Shown here: in pieces, positions 1 through 9,069 of the stretch
How positions within the stretch are numbered: the first letter of the stretch is position 1
How the letters are laid out: the number at the start of each line of letters is the position of its first letter
Assembly: GCA_017629175.1 (NCBI GenBank)
Contig: JAGBXS010000028.1
Location: 1 to 53,042, forward strand
DNA length: 53,042 nucleotides
Reading direction: 5' to 3'
From: Clostridia bacterium
GTDB lineage: Bacteria > Bacillota > Clostridia > Oscillospirales > CAG-382
Notes under the pieces: model-generated
The model's input: only the letters and a program-made list of their open reading frames with translations
The model's database searches: none
What the model was told of the DNA's origin: nothing
Position numbers and translations under genes: made by a program

Positions 1-327
1 GCAAACAGCGGTTGCCTGACTCTGGAAAAGTTGGAAGCGATGACGGCGGTATGCTCTGTTGGTCTGGATATGATCGCCGTTCCCGGCGATACTTCTGCGG
101 CCGTGATTTCTGCATTGATCGCAGACGAGCTTGCCATCGGCGTTGCCAATACCAAGACCACAGCGGTACGCTTGATCCCTGCTATTGGGAAGAAAGAGGG
201 CGATTCCCTCTCCTTTGGCGGTCTTTTGGGCGACGCTCCCGTTATGCGGATCAACCAGACGGATCCCTCTGCTTTTATCGCAAGAGGTGGCTTGATTCCC
301 GCTCCTATTCACTCTTTGAAGAACTGA
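1..327 (+). CDS. DUF711/UPF0210 (PFL-like) family protein, C-terminal part (5' truncated by window)
   Basis: Frame open from base 1; [21 protein letters not shown] and [14 protein letters not shown]-terminus are characteristic of this family. Confidence 0.9.
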   Translation, partial: ANSGCLTLEKLEAMTAVCSVGLDMIAVPGDTSAAVISALIADELAIGVANTKTTAVRLIPAIGKKEGDSLSFGGLLGDAPVMRINQTDPSAFIARGGLIPAPIHSLKN

Positions 328-332
328 CTTAT

Positions 333-364
333 AGACGCATCTGTGATTTGCAGATGCGTCTTTT
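333..364 (+). terminator. Rho-independent terminator
   Basis: AGACGCATCTG / CAGATGCGTCT stem followed by T run just after the stop codon. Confidence 0.75.
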
Positions 365-433
365 CCGTAATTTCTGCAAGGACAAAGGCGTTTCTTTGTG
401 TTACACTAGCGACGAAGAAAGGAGATGACTTCA

Positions 434-1633
434 ATGGAAAACAAAATAATTATCGACAAAGCCATCAGCTTTATCCAAACCAATGCAAAGGAAAACCTAT
501 CCATGCAAATCATCGCGGAAAACGCGGGTTTCTCTCTCAATTATTTCGACACTCTATTTCGTCGACACACAGGCTATAGTCCCGTAGAGTATTCCCGAAT
601 TTACAAGCTCACAAGAAGTGCGTTGGAGCTACGCAAAACGGCGAAAACAGTGCTGGACATAGCTTTAGAGTTCGGGTATTCGTCTCACGAAAGCTTTACC
701 CGTGCATTCAAAGCCTTTTACGGTATGCCCCCTGCGGAATATCGTGAGCGTTATGCCGCCCAAGCCGTAACCTGGCACGACTTATCAGGGAAGATTGCTG
801 TCAATCATTTCCGTAACTACTTCCCGGAGCTTCGACCAGTTGATCCATCTATTGCTTTGGATCATTGCTTTACGCATGATCCCGTGGTCCATTTTGAGGA
901 TATGGTTAATATGACTGTAGCAGAAACCGAAGCTTTCACATTAGGAGATCCCCAAGTGCCCGCGCACCTCCTCATTGTATCCGACTATAACAAACCCGAC
1001 CCTTCAGTAGATCTGGTTTGCGAAACGGAAGAAGACACCCTCTCCTACGTAAGATTGTTGGCTAAACTTCCTCACCTTCGTTTCTCTATTCATAACCGCA
1101 TGGACTCTGTCTGGGAGCTATTCGACAAAGAAATGAAACGCCAAGGCTTTGCTTGCCGCAAGGGTTACGACATGGTCTATCCCCACTGCGAGATAGCCGT
1201 TCCAACCTATGATGACCTCTTTGCCCGGGAGTTACGAGAACAGGACTTACCGAACCTTGAGGCCTTTTGTAGGCAAGGCGGCTGTAGCCAAAATCATGTG
1301 AACGCAGTGCGCATTCATTTCTCGGGAAAAGGTAACCTTGGTTTGCGCCCCTGCGGTGTTTTCAAAGGCGGTGAATTGATCGCCCTGGCTTTGCCGGTGC
1401 TGGATCATGTGCGAGATCTTTGCAGATATGACATCGGTGGAATCTTCACCACTGAACTCAAAGATCAAAGAGCGATCGAACTGCTCTGGAAATTCGTAAT
1501 AGACCTCTCCCTGAAGGATAACGCTACCTTAGGAAATGCCAACGCAAAAGAGGATGATTCCCTGCTTGGTGTCGGTTGCTGCAAACGTATAGGACTTATA
1601 ACTACCGCCATCAATCTCAGCTATAGCAAATAA
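434..1633 (+). CDS. AraC-family transcriptional regulator with C-terminal GNAT-like region
   Basis: N-terminal double HTH (IALEFGYSSHESFTRAFKAFYGMPPAEYR); AAGGAG RBS favours ATG 434 over 425; C-terminus ends in a GNAT-like pattern (DIGGIFT...CKRIGL). Confidence 0.85.
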   Translation: MENKIIIDKAISFIQTNAKENLSMQIIAENAGFSLNYFDTLFRRHTGYSPVEYSRIYKLTRSALELRKTAKTVLDIALEFGYSSHESFTRAFKAFYGMPPAEYRERYAAQAVTWHDLSGKIAVNHFRNYFPELRPVDPSIALDHCFTHDPVVHFEDMVNMTVAETEAFTLGDPQVPAHLLIVSDYNKPDPSVDLVCETEEDTLSYVRLLAKLPHLRFSIHNRMDSVWELFDKEMKRQGFACRKGYDMVYPHCEIAVPTYDDLFARELREQDLPNLEAFCRQGGCSQNHVNAVRIHFSGKGNLGLRPCGVFKGGELIALALPVLDHVRDLCRYDIGGIFTTELKDQRAIELLWKFVIDLSLKDNATLGNANAKEDDSLLGVGCCKRIGLITTAINLSYSK

Positions 1634-1635
1634 GA

Positions 1636-1668
1636 AAAAATCCGCTCGATCGCTTCGAGCGGATTTTT
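1636..1668. terminator. Bidirectional terminator between convergent genes
   Basis: AAAAATCCGCTCGA-tcgct-TCGAGCGGATTTTT. Confidence 0.85.
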
Positions 1669-1695
1669 ATTCCTTTAATACATCAGTTGAAAATT

Positions 1696-2892
1696 TTACA
1701 GTCTGGAAGCGATCTCTGCCAAGAATTCGGTAGTATAGACCGCCTTTTTGTTTTCCAGGGAAGAGAGCAGGTACAATTCCTTGGGCATGATGCCGCTTTC
1801 GATGGTATCGATGGAGGCCTTCTCCAGACGGTCTGCAAACTCGCAAAGCTCGGGGATCTCATCCAATTCGCCTCGCTTGCGAAGTGCGCCGCTCCATGCG
1901 AAAATGGTGGCGATGGGGTTGGTGGTGGTGGGCTCCCCTGCCAAATGCTTATAGTAGTGGCGCTGGACGGTGCCGTGGGCGGCCTCGTATTCGTATACGC
2001 CGTCGGGCGAAACCAGCACAGAGGTCATCATTGCCAGAGAGCCGAAGCCGTTGGCAAGCATATCGGACATTACGTCACCATCGTAATTCTTACAAGCCCA
2101 GATGAAGCCGCCATCGGAACGGATAACTCTCGCCACCGCGTCGTCGATCAGCGTATAGAAGTAGCTGATACCGGCTTCCTCGAATTTAGCGCGGAATTCA
2201 TTCTCGTAGATCTCTGCGAAGATATCCTTGAAGGTGTGGTCATAGGTCTTGCTAATGGTATCCTTGGTGGAGAACCACAGCTCCTTCTTTTGATCCAGCG
2301 CGTACTGGAAGCAAGCTCTTGCAAAGGAAGCGATGCTCTGCTCAATATTATGCTGTCCCTGCACGATACCGTCTGTCTTGAAGTCGTGGATCAGGGTCTT
2401 GGTCTGGTTGCCGTTGGCGTCGGTTACCAGGATTTCTGCCTTGGAGCCTGCGGGAACCTTTACCTCAGATGCTTTATAAACGTCACCGTAAGCGTGTCTT
2501 GCAATGGAAATAGGCTTCTGCCAAGAACGCACATAGGGAGCGATGCCTTTTACGATAATGGGTGTACGGAACACGGTACCGTCGAGAATGGCGCGGATGG
2601 TTCCGTTGGGACTCTTCCACATCTGCTTCAGATTGTATTCCGTCATGCGGGCCGCATTGGGAGTGATGGTAGCACATTTAACGGCAACACCGTACTTCTT
2701 GGTCGCCAAGGCGGAATCCACGGTGACCTGGTCATCGGTTTCGTTTCTGTGCTCCAAGCCCAAATCGTAATACTCTGTCTTCAGATCAATAAAAGGAAGC
2801 AAAAGAACGTCCTTGATCTGTTGCCAGAGGACACGGGTCATTTCGTCGCCGTCCATCTCGACCAACGGCGTTTTCATTTGGATCTTAGCCAT
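1696..2892 (-). CDS. icd: NADP-dependent isocitrate dehydrogenase (eukaryote-like type)
   Basis: [37 protein letters not shown] and [10 protein letters not shown] motifs. Confidence 0.97.
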   Translation of the reverse strand: MAKIQMKTPLVEMDGDEMTRVLWQQIKDVLLLPFIDLKTEYYDLGLEHRNETDDQVTVDSALATKKYGVAVKCATITPNAARMTEYNLKQMWKSPNGTIRAILDGTVFRTPIIVKGIAPYVRSWQKPISIARHAYGDVYKASEVKVPAGSKAEILVTDANGNQTKTLIHDFKTDGIVQGQHNIEQSIASFARACFQYALDQKKELWFSTKDTISKTYDHTFKDIFAEIYENEFRAKFEEAGISYFYTLIDDAVARVIRSDGGFIWACKNYDGDVMSDMLANGFGSLAMMTSVLVSPDGVYEYEAAHGTVQRHYYKHLAGEPTTTNPIATIFAWSGALRKRGELDEIPELCEFADRLEKASIDTIESGIMPKELYLLSSLENKKAVYTTEFLAEIASRL

Positions 2893-2893
2893 G

Positions 2894-4828
2894 TTATGCG
2901 TTTCCTTTCGTGTAGTTCAAAAGTCCGCCTGCCAAAAGCATATCCGCCTGGCGAGTAGAGTAGTTGCCAACGAGAGTAATTGCTTCGCCGGTGGTAGCAT
3001 TCAGCAAGGTGAAGTTGGACTTCCCTGCCGCAATAGCCTCCTTGATACCGGAAAGAACAAGCTTATCTCCCTGGCTGATCTTATCGTAATCCGCAGGGTT
3101 TGCGAAGGTCAATGGAACGATACCTGCGTTGATTAAATTAGCAACGTGGATACGAGCAAAAGATTTGGCAACAACGGCCTTCACACCCAAATACAGCGGA
3201 ACGAGCGCTGCGTGCTCTCTGGAGGAGCCTTGACCGTAGTTTTCTCCGCCAACGATAATGCCGCTACCGGCTTCCAAAGAGCGCTGTGCGAAGCTCTCGT
3301 CGCACACAGCAAAGCAGAACTTGGAAAGGTAAGGAATGTTGGAACGGTACGGCAAAATCTTAGCACCCGCGGGCATAATATGATCCGTAGTGATGTTATC
3401 GCCAACCTTCAAGGTACAAACGCATGCAATCTCTTCTTCAAGGGCGCTTGCCACAGGGAATTCCTTGATATTGGGTCCGCGAAGGATCTCGAGAGATGCG
3501 GCCTCCTCCACGGAAGCGGGAGGAATGATCATGTTATCGTTGATCAAGAACTGCTCGGGCATGGGAAATGCAGGTTGATCACCCAGCTCTCTGGGATCGG
3601 AAAGATATCCGGTCAACGCGGAATAAGCGGCAGTTTCGGGGCTTACAAGATAGATCTGCGCGTCCTTGGTGCCGCTTCTGCCTTCAAAGTTACGGTTGAA
3701 TGTTCTGAGGGAGATACCCGCGCTGTTAGGAGATTGCCCCATACCGATGCAGGGGCCGCAGGCACATTCCAATACTCTGGCACCGGCGGCAATGATATCG
3801 GACAAAGCACCGCAAGCCGCAAGCATATTATATACCTGCTTGGAACCGGGAGCGATAGAAAGGCTGACGTGCTCTGCAACAGTTTTCCCTTTAAGGATGG
3901 AAGCAACCTTCAGCATATCGGAAAGAGAAGAGTTGGTGCAAGAGCCGATGCAAACCTGATCGATCTTCATTTTGCCGATCTCTTCAACGGTCTTAACGTT
4001 ATCGGGGCTGTGGGGGCAAGCAGCGGAGGGCTTCAGAGCAGAAAGATCAATGGTGATCTCCTCGTCGTACACCGCATCCTCGTCAGAAGCAAGAGGAATC
4101 CAATCCTTTTCCCTTCCCTGCGCCTTCAAAAACTCATACGTAACCTCGTCCGAGGGGAAAATCGAGGTGGAAGCGCCAAGCTCTGCACCCATGTTGGTGA
4201 TGGTTGCACGCTCGGGCACAGAGAGGGATTTTACGCCTTCTCCTGCATATTCAACAATCTTGCCGACACCGCCCTTAACAGACAGGATGCGCAAAACCTC
4301 AAGAATGATATCCTTGGCAGAAACCCAGGGAGACAACTTTCCGAGAAGGTTGACGCGAAGCATCTTAGGCATGCTGATATAGTAAGTACCGCCGCCCATA
4401 GCCACGGCAACGTCCAAGCCGCCTGCGCCAAAGGCAAGCATACCGATGCCGCCGCCGGTGGGCGTATGGCTATCAGATCCGATCAACGTCTTACCGGGAA
4501 CACCGAATCTCTCAAGATGAACCTGATGGCAGATGCCGTTGCCGGGTCGGGAATAATACAGTCCGTGCTTCTTGGCAATGGACTGTATATAGCGATGGTC
4601 ATCGGCGTTTTCAAAGCCGCTTTGCAAGGTATTATGATCGATGTATGCAACGGAAAGCTCTGTTTTAACGCGAGGAATACCCATAGCCTCAAATTCAAGG
4701 TATGCCATGGTTCCGGTAGCATCCTGCGTCAGCGTCTGATCAATTCGAATGCCGATTTCATTTCCGGTAATCGGTTCGCCCTCCAACAAATGAGCGCGAA
4801 GAATCTTTTGCGCAAGCGTGTATCCCAT
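2894..4828 (-). CDS. acnA: Aconitate hydratase (short ~640-aa type)
   Basis: TQDATG, GSDSHT, IGSCTNS and CGPCIG [4Fe-4S] ligands, [19 protein letters not shown]; lies between citrate synthase and icd. Confidence 0.93.
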   Translation of the reverse strand: MGYTLAQKILRAHLLEGEPITGNEIGIRIDQTLTQDATGTMAYLEFEAMGIPRVKTELSVAYIDHNTLQSGFENADDHRYIQSIAKKHGLYYSRPGNGICHQVHLERFGVPGKTLIGSDSHTPTGGGIGMLAFGAGGLDVAVAMGGGTYYISMPKMLRVNLLGKLSPWVSAKDIILEVLRILSVKGGVGKIVEYAGEGVKSLSVPERATITNMGAELGASTSIFPSDEVTYEFLKAQGREKDWIPLASDEDAVYDEEITIDLSALKPSAACPHSPDNVKTVEEIGKMKIDQVCIGSCTNSSLSDMLKVASILKGKTVAEHVSLSIAPGSKQVYNMLAACGALSDIIAAGARVLECACGPCIGMGQSPNSAGISLRTFNRNFEGRSGTKDAQIYLVSPETAAYSALTGYLSDPRELGDQPAFPMPEQFLINDNMIIPPASVEEAASLEILRGPNIKEFPVASALEEEIACVCTLKVGDNITTDHIMPAGAKILPYRSNIPYLSKFCFAVCDESFAQRSLEAGSGIIVGGENYGQGSSREHAALVPLYLGVKAVVAKSFARIHVANLINAGIVPLTFANPADYDKISQGDKLVLSGIKEAIAAGKSNFTLLNATTGEAITLVGNYSTRQADMLLAGGLLNYTKGNA

Positions 4829-4829
4829 T

Positions 4830-6185
4830 TTAATTCTCCTTTCGGCAATTCAGCGGTAAATAGGCGATCTCGTCCAGATTCGCTCTGTATGCAGGACGAA
4901 TGATCTTACGGCAGGTAGACATCTCTTCCATTCTGTGTGCGCACCAACCAGCGGTTCTCGCAACGGCAAACAAAGGGGTGAACATCTCCGGAGGAATGGA
5001 GAGAATACGGTAAATCAGTCCGGAATACAAATCCACGTTGGCGCAAACAGTCAACGCATTTCTCTTTTCGGACATCAATTCGGGTGTCAAGCGTTCAACC
5101 GCATCCAAGAGACGGAAATCCTCGCCATAGCCCTTCTCGATAGCAAGAGATTTGGCATTGGTCTTCAAAATCTTAGCTCTGGGATCGCTCTTGGTGTAGA
5201 CAGCATGACCCATACCGTAGATCAAACCGCTTCTGTCCCCCGCTTCCTTCTTCAAGATCTTACGAAGGTAATTTGCGACCTCGTCATCATCGGCATAATC
5301 CCTGATGTTTTCCTTCATATCGTCCAACATTTTCACAACACTGATGTTTGCACCGCCGTGACGAGGACCCTTCAAGGAACCGATACCTGCCGCTATGGCA
5401 GAATAGGTATCGGTGCCGGAGGAGGACAACAAGCGCACAGAGAAGGTAGAGTTATTACCGCCGCCATGCTCTGCGTGCAAAATTAAGCATTTATCAAGAA
5501 GCAACGCTTCCTCGCGAGTGTACTTGCGATCGATGCGAAGCATGGATAGGATGTTCTCGGCAGTACTGATCCCATGATAAGGAGAGTGAATGAAATAACT
5601 CTCGTTATCATAGACGCGGCGCTTCGCCTGATAACCGGCAACCATGATTGCCGGCAATTTGGCAATGATGGAAAGTGATTGCGCAAGAACGTTCTCCATA
5701 GAGGTATCGTCGGGGTTGTCGTCGTAGCTGTAAAGTGCCAAAACGGAACGCGCCATCTTATTCATCAGGTTAGGGCTGGCGGCCTTCATGATCATATCCT
5801 CAATAAAATCCTGAGGAAGCTCACGAAATTCCTCCATTACGGCGTTAAAATCCTCGACCTCGCTTTTGGAAGGAAGGTGGCCAAACAGCAACAGCCACAC
5901 AGTCTCCTCGAAGCCAAAGCGATCGTCTTCCAAGCATCCGTTTACAAGATCCTCGACGTTTACACCGCGGTAGCGAAGTTCGCCCTCGCAAGGTACACGC
6001 TCGTACTCATTGATCAAATAACCGTGAACGTTACTGATACGGGTAATGCCTGCAACAACACCGGTTCCATCCGGATTACGAAGACCTCTTTTGACGCCGT
6101 ATTTTGTATATAACGATTCCTCAAACGGCTCGTTTTTTCTCATGCGAGAAAAAAGCGTTTGGGTATTCATTTCCTGTTTTTTCAT
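4830..6185 (-). CDS. gltA: Citrate synthase
   Basis: LHAEHGGGNNSTF, GPRHGGAN, YGMGHAVYTKSDPRA and ANVDLYSG motifs. Confidence 0.95.
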   Translation of the reverse strand: MKKQEMNTQTLFSRMRKNEPFEESLYTKYGVKRGLRNPDGTGVVAGITRISNVHGYLINEYERVPCEGELRYRGVNVEDLVNGCLEDDRFGFEETVWLLLFGHLPSKSEVEDFNAVMEEFRELPQDFIEDMIMKAASPNLMNKMARSVLALYSYDDNPDDTSMENVLAQSLSIIAKLPAIMVAGYQAKRRVYDNESYFIHSPYHGISTAENILSMLRIDRKYTREEALLLDKCLILHAEHGGGNNSTFSVRLLSSSGTDTYSAIAAGIGSLKGPRHGGANISVVKMLDDMKENIRDYADDDEVANYLRKILKKEAGDRSGLIYGMGHAVYTKSDPRAKILKTNAKSLAIEKGYGEDFRLLDAVERLTPELMSEKRNALTVCANVDLYSGLIYRILSIPPEMFTPLFAVARTAGWCAHRMEEMSTCRKIIRPAYRANLDEIAYLPLNCRKEN

Positions 6186-6217
6186 AAGAGCTCTCCCTTA
6201 TAATAGTCATATGAGTC

Positions 6218-6246
6218 AGTATATCACAAAAGATCCTCGGTGTCAA
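6218..6246 (-). promoter_or_regulatory. SigmaA promoter of gltA-acn-icd operon
   Basis: TTGACA-N17-TATACT with extended -10 TG. Confidence 0.75.
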
Positions 6247-6250
6247 CACA

Positions 6251-6284
6251 AAAATGCAATTTCACCGAAATGAAATTGCATTTT
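6251..6284 (-). terminator. Terminator downstream of dapF
   Basis: 14-bp inverted repeat AAAATGCAATTTCA / TGAAATTGCATTTT. Confidence 0.7.
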
Positions 6285-6362
6285 TCTTTCGTTTTCTATG
6301 TCGAACCCAGATAAAACAAGCGAACTCTCAAGTCAAATTGCAACCGGAGCATCGAATTTGCT

Positions 6363-7211
6363 TCAAACCTTATCTAAATCGCAAACGCCTTCGAACACCG
6401 TTTTTGCAGGGCCTTCCATCATAACGTAATGATCGGAATAAATAATACGCAGATCTCCGCCCAAAAGAGAAACCGTTACGGGAACGTCCTTCTTGCAATA
6501 GCCGTTTTTGACAGCGGCGGCAACGGAAGCGCAAGCACCCGTACCGCAAGCCAAGGTCTCACCGCTCCCCCGTTCCCAAACACGCATTTCCAAGTGCGTA
6601 TCATCGATCACGCGCACAAACTCCGTGTTTACACTTTCGGGGAAAAACTCACTATGCTCAAAAAGAGGACCGATGGAAGACAACGGAAAATTCCTGACAT
6701 CATCGGTAAAAACAACGCAGTGCGGATTTCCCATGCTGATGCAAGTAATGCGGTAATCGGTTCCGCTAATATTGATCAAACGATCGATAATTTCGTCTCC
6801 GGGCAGTAAAACGGGAATGTCTATCGGAGCGGTTTTGGCTTGCCCCATATTCACAGTTGCGCCAACCACTTCTTCGCCATCCATGGTAAGTTCAATGGTT
6901 TTGATGCCGGAGAGGGTTTCCACAGACAAGCTTTTTTTGCGAGCCAGTTGATGATCGTATAAAAATTTAGCAACGCAACGAACGCCGTTGCCGCACATTT
7001 TGCCTTCGCTGCCGTCCTCGTTGAACATACGCATCCGACCATCGGCAACATCGGAGGGGCAAACAAAGATAACCCCGTCTCCGCCGATACCGAAATGACG
7101 ATCCGAAAGCTTTTTTGCTACGGCAGACATATCCTCAACCTTTTGATCAAAGGTTGATATATATACGTAATCGTTCCCGCAGCCCTGCATTTTGGTGAAG
7201 TTCAGTTTCAC
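6363..7211 (-). CDS. dapF: Diaminopimelate epimerase
   Basis: FTKMQGCGND, MCGNGVRC, MGNPH and ERGSGETLACGTGA motifs; GTG start. Confidence 0.97.
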   Translation of the reverse strand: MKLNFTKMQGCGNDYVYISTFDQKVEDMSAVAKKLSDRHFGIGGDGVIFVCPSDVADGRMRMFNEDGSEGKMCGNGVRCVAKFLYDHQLARKKSLSVETLSGIKTIELTMDGEEVVGATVNMGQAKTAPIDIPVLLPGDEIIDRLINISGTDYRITCISMGNPHCVVFTDDVRNFPLSSIGPLFEHSEFFPESVNTEFVRVIDDTHLEMRVWERGSGETLACGTGACASVAAAVKNGYCKKDVPVTVSLLGGDLRIIYSDHYVMMEGPAKTVFEGVCDLDKV

Positions 7212-7231
7212 TTAAAAAACTCTCCTAAGTA

Positions 7232-8008
7232 TCAGACCTCAACAGCGGATTTGGAAACCGCTTCCTTCAAGAGATCCTCCATGGAATAAAAACCGCTGGT
7301 TTTACCCTTCATAAATTCAGCGGCACGAAGAGCACCCTCTGCAAAAAGCGCTCTGCCGATGGCACTATGCTTAATGGTTACGATCTCATTGCCCATACAG
7401 AACATAACCTCATGCTCACCCACAATATTTCCGCCGCGAATGGCGCTGATCCCGATCTCTGTCTTGGGACGAGTTGATCTTCTTGCGGTTCTGTCGTAAA
7501 CGATCTCGGTTTCGCAAGGATGCGCCTCGCGAATTGCATTCGCGATCATCAGCGCGGTTCCGCTGGGAGCATCTAATTTCTGATTATGATGCTTTTCGAT
7601 GATCTCAATATCGGCTTTGTCGCCCATGGATGCAGAAACAGTCTTACACAGCGAAATCATCAGATTGATGCCCACAGACATATTTCCGGAATGAAAAACC
7701 GCAACCTCTTCGGAAAGACGCTTCAAGGCCGCCATCTCCTCTTCGGTATGGCCGGTGGTTGCAACCACCATGGGAATTCCGGTCCTTCTGGCAAAGGCGA
7801 TCAAATCATCCGTAGCGGTATGCACCGTAAAATCCACCAAAACGTCCGCAGACTCGTACACCTTCTCCAGATCATCATAAAGCGGAAAACTACACGCCCC
7901 TGCAAATTTATCAACACCTGCAACAATGCAAGCTTCGAAGGAGGCCGAAGCCTCCCCGATTGCTCTACCCATCCTTCCGCAGGCACCGTTCAAAATGATA
8001 TTCGTCAT
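7232..8008 (-). CDS. dapB: 4-hydroxy-tetrahydrodipicolinate reductase
   Basis: GACGRMG, VDFT, EKHHNQKLDAPSGTA and RGGNIVGEH motifs. Confidence 0.97.
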   Translation of the reverse strand: MTNIILNGACGRMGRAIGEASASFEACIVAGVDKFAGACSFPLYDDLEKVYESADVLVDFTVHTATDDLIAFARRTGIPMVVATTGHTEEEMAALKRLSEEVAVFHSGNMSVGINLMISLCKTVSASMGDKADIEIIEKHHNQKLDAPSGTALMIANAIREAHPCETEIVYDRTARRSTRPKTEIGISAIRGGNIVGEHEVMFCMGNEIVTIKHSAIGRALFAEGALRAAEFMKGKTSGFYSMEDLLKEAVSKSAVEV

Positions 8009-8030
8009 TTGAAACTTCCTTTCGGCACGA

Positions 8031-8921
8031 TCAGATCAAATTAGCTTCGCGCATCAATGCGTACAGCTTTTCGTTGTCGGCATCATCCATCTCGCACAAA
8101 GGCATTCTCATCTCAGTGGTGCAGAAGCCCATCTTTGCCATAGCGGTTTTTACAGGAATGGGATTTACCTGCATAAAGAGACCGTTGGTCAAAGACAAAT
8201 AACGAAGCTGAAGCTTTGCGGCTTCTTTAAAGTTGCCCTCCAAACACAGACGAGCCATTTCGTGTGTCTCGCGGGGCATGATGTTGGACAAAACGGAAAT
8301 AACGCCAATGGCACCAACGGACATCAAGGGAACGATCTGATCATCGTTGCCGCTGTATACGTTCAAGGAGTCACCGCACGCCTCAATTACCTGCATAATA
8401 GCAGAAAGATTTCCGCTGGCCTCTTTCGTCGCAACGATATTAGGATGCTCAGCAAGCTGCTGATATGCCCCCAAAGAAATGTTCAATCCGGTACGGGAAG
8501 GAACGTTATAAAGAATGTTGGGAATATCAGCACACTCAGCGATCATCTGGAAATGCTTAACCAAGCTCTTCTGGCTGGCTTTGTTGTAGTAAGGCGTTAC
8601 CAGAAGAACGCCGTCGGCACCCTCGTTCTTGGAAAACTTGGTGAGTTCAATAGCATAATCGGTATGGTTGGAGCCGGTACCTGCAATCACGGGCACTCTG
8701 CCTGCGACCTTTTCCACGCAATGGGAAATGATACGGCGATGCTCCAGATCGGTAAGGGTTGCCGCCTCGGCGGTTGTGCCGCAAGCGATGATGGCATCGG
8801 TGCCTCCCGCGATCTGTTGCTCCAAAATAACATCCAGTGCATTATAGTCAACATTTCCGTCCTTAAAGGGCGTGATCAATGCAACGCCTGCTCCGGAAAA
8901 TACTTTCTTTTTCTGTAACAT
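8031..8921 (-). CDS. dapA: 4-hydroxy-tetrahydrodipicolinate synthase
   Basis: ALITPF, GTTAE, TPYYNK, YNVPSRTG, KEASG and NPIPVK motifs; start moved to the ATG after a GAGGA RBS. Confidence 0.96.
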   Translation of the reverse strand: MLQKKKVFSGAGVALITPFKDGNVDYNALDVILEQQIAGGTDAIIACGTTAEAATLTDLEHRRIISHCVEKVAGRVPVIAGTGSNHTDYAIELTKFSKNEGADGVLLVTPYYNKASQKSLVKHFQMIAECADIPNILYNVPSRTGLNISLGAYQQLAEHPNIVATKEASGNLSAIMQVIEACGDSLNVYSGNDDQIVPLMSVGAIGVISVLSNIMPRETHEMARLCLEGNFKEAAKLQLRYLSLTNGLFMQVNPIPVKTAMAKMGFCTTEMRMPLCEMDDADNEKLYALMREANLI

Positions 8922-8965
8922 GGGTTCCTCATTCCTTTGAAAAAACTGTATTGTGCATGCCCTAT

Positions 8966-8994
8966 ATACTACCATGCTTTCTGCAAAAAGTCAA
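8966..8994 (-). promoter_or_regulatory. SigmaA promoter of dap operon
   Basis: TTGACT-N17-TAGTAT with extended TG. Confidence 0.55.
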
Positions 8995-9069
8995 ATACTT
9001 TTTTGAAAAAATATAGAGAATGCTTAAATTGTAACGTTCTTTGTTCTGCTGACAGTATATGCGAATTCG

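Noticed and set aside
3146-4903. 585-aa ORF antisense to aconitase (also 1687-2958 antisense to icd)
   Set aside because: Shadow ORF on the opposite strand of a conserved gene; no recognisable motifs; explained by codon bias of the real gene
8922-9069. Possible lysine riboswitch upstream of dapA
   Set aside because: The predicted promoter leaves a leader of only ~40 nt, and the whole gap is shorter than a lysine aptamer plus expression platform
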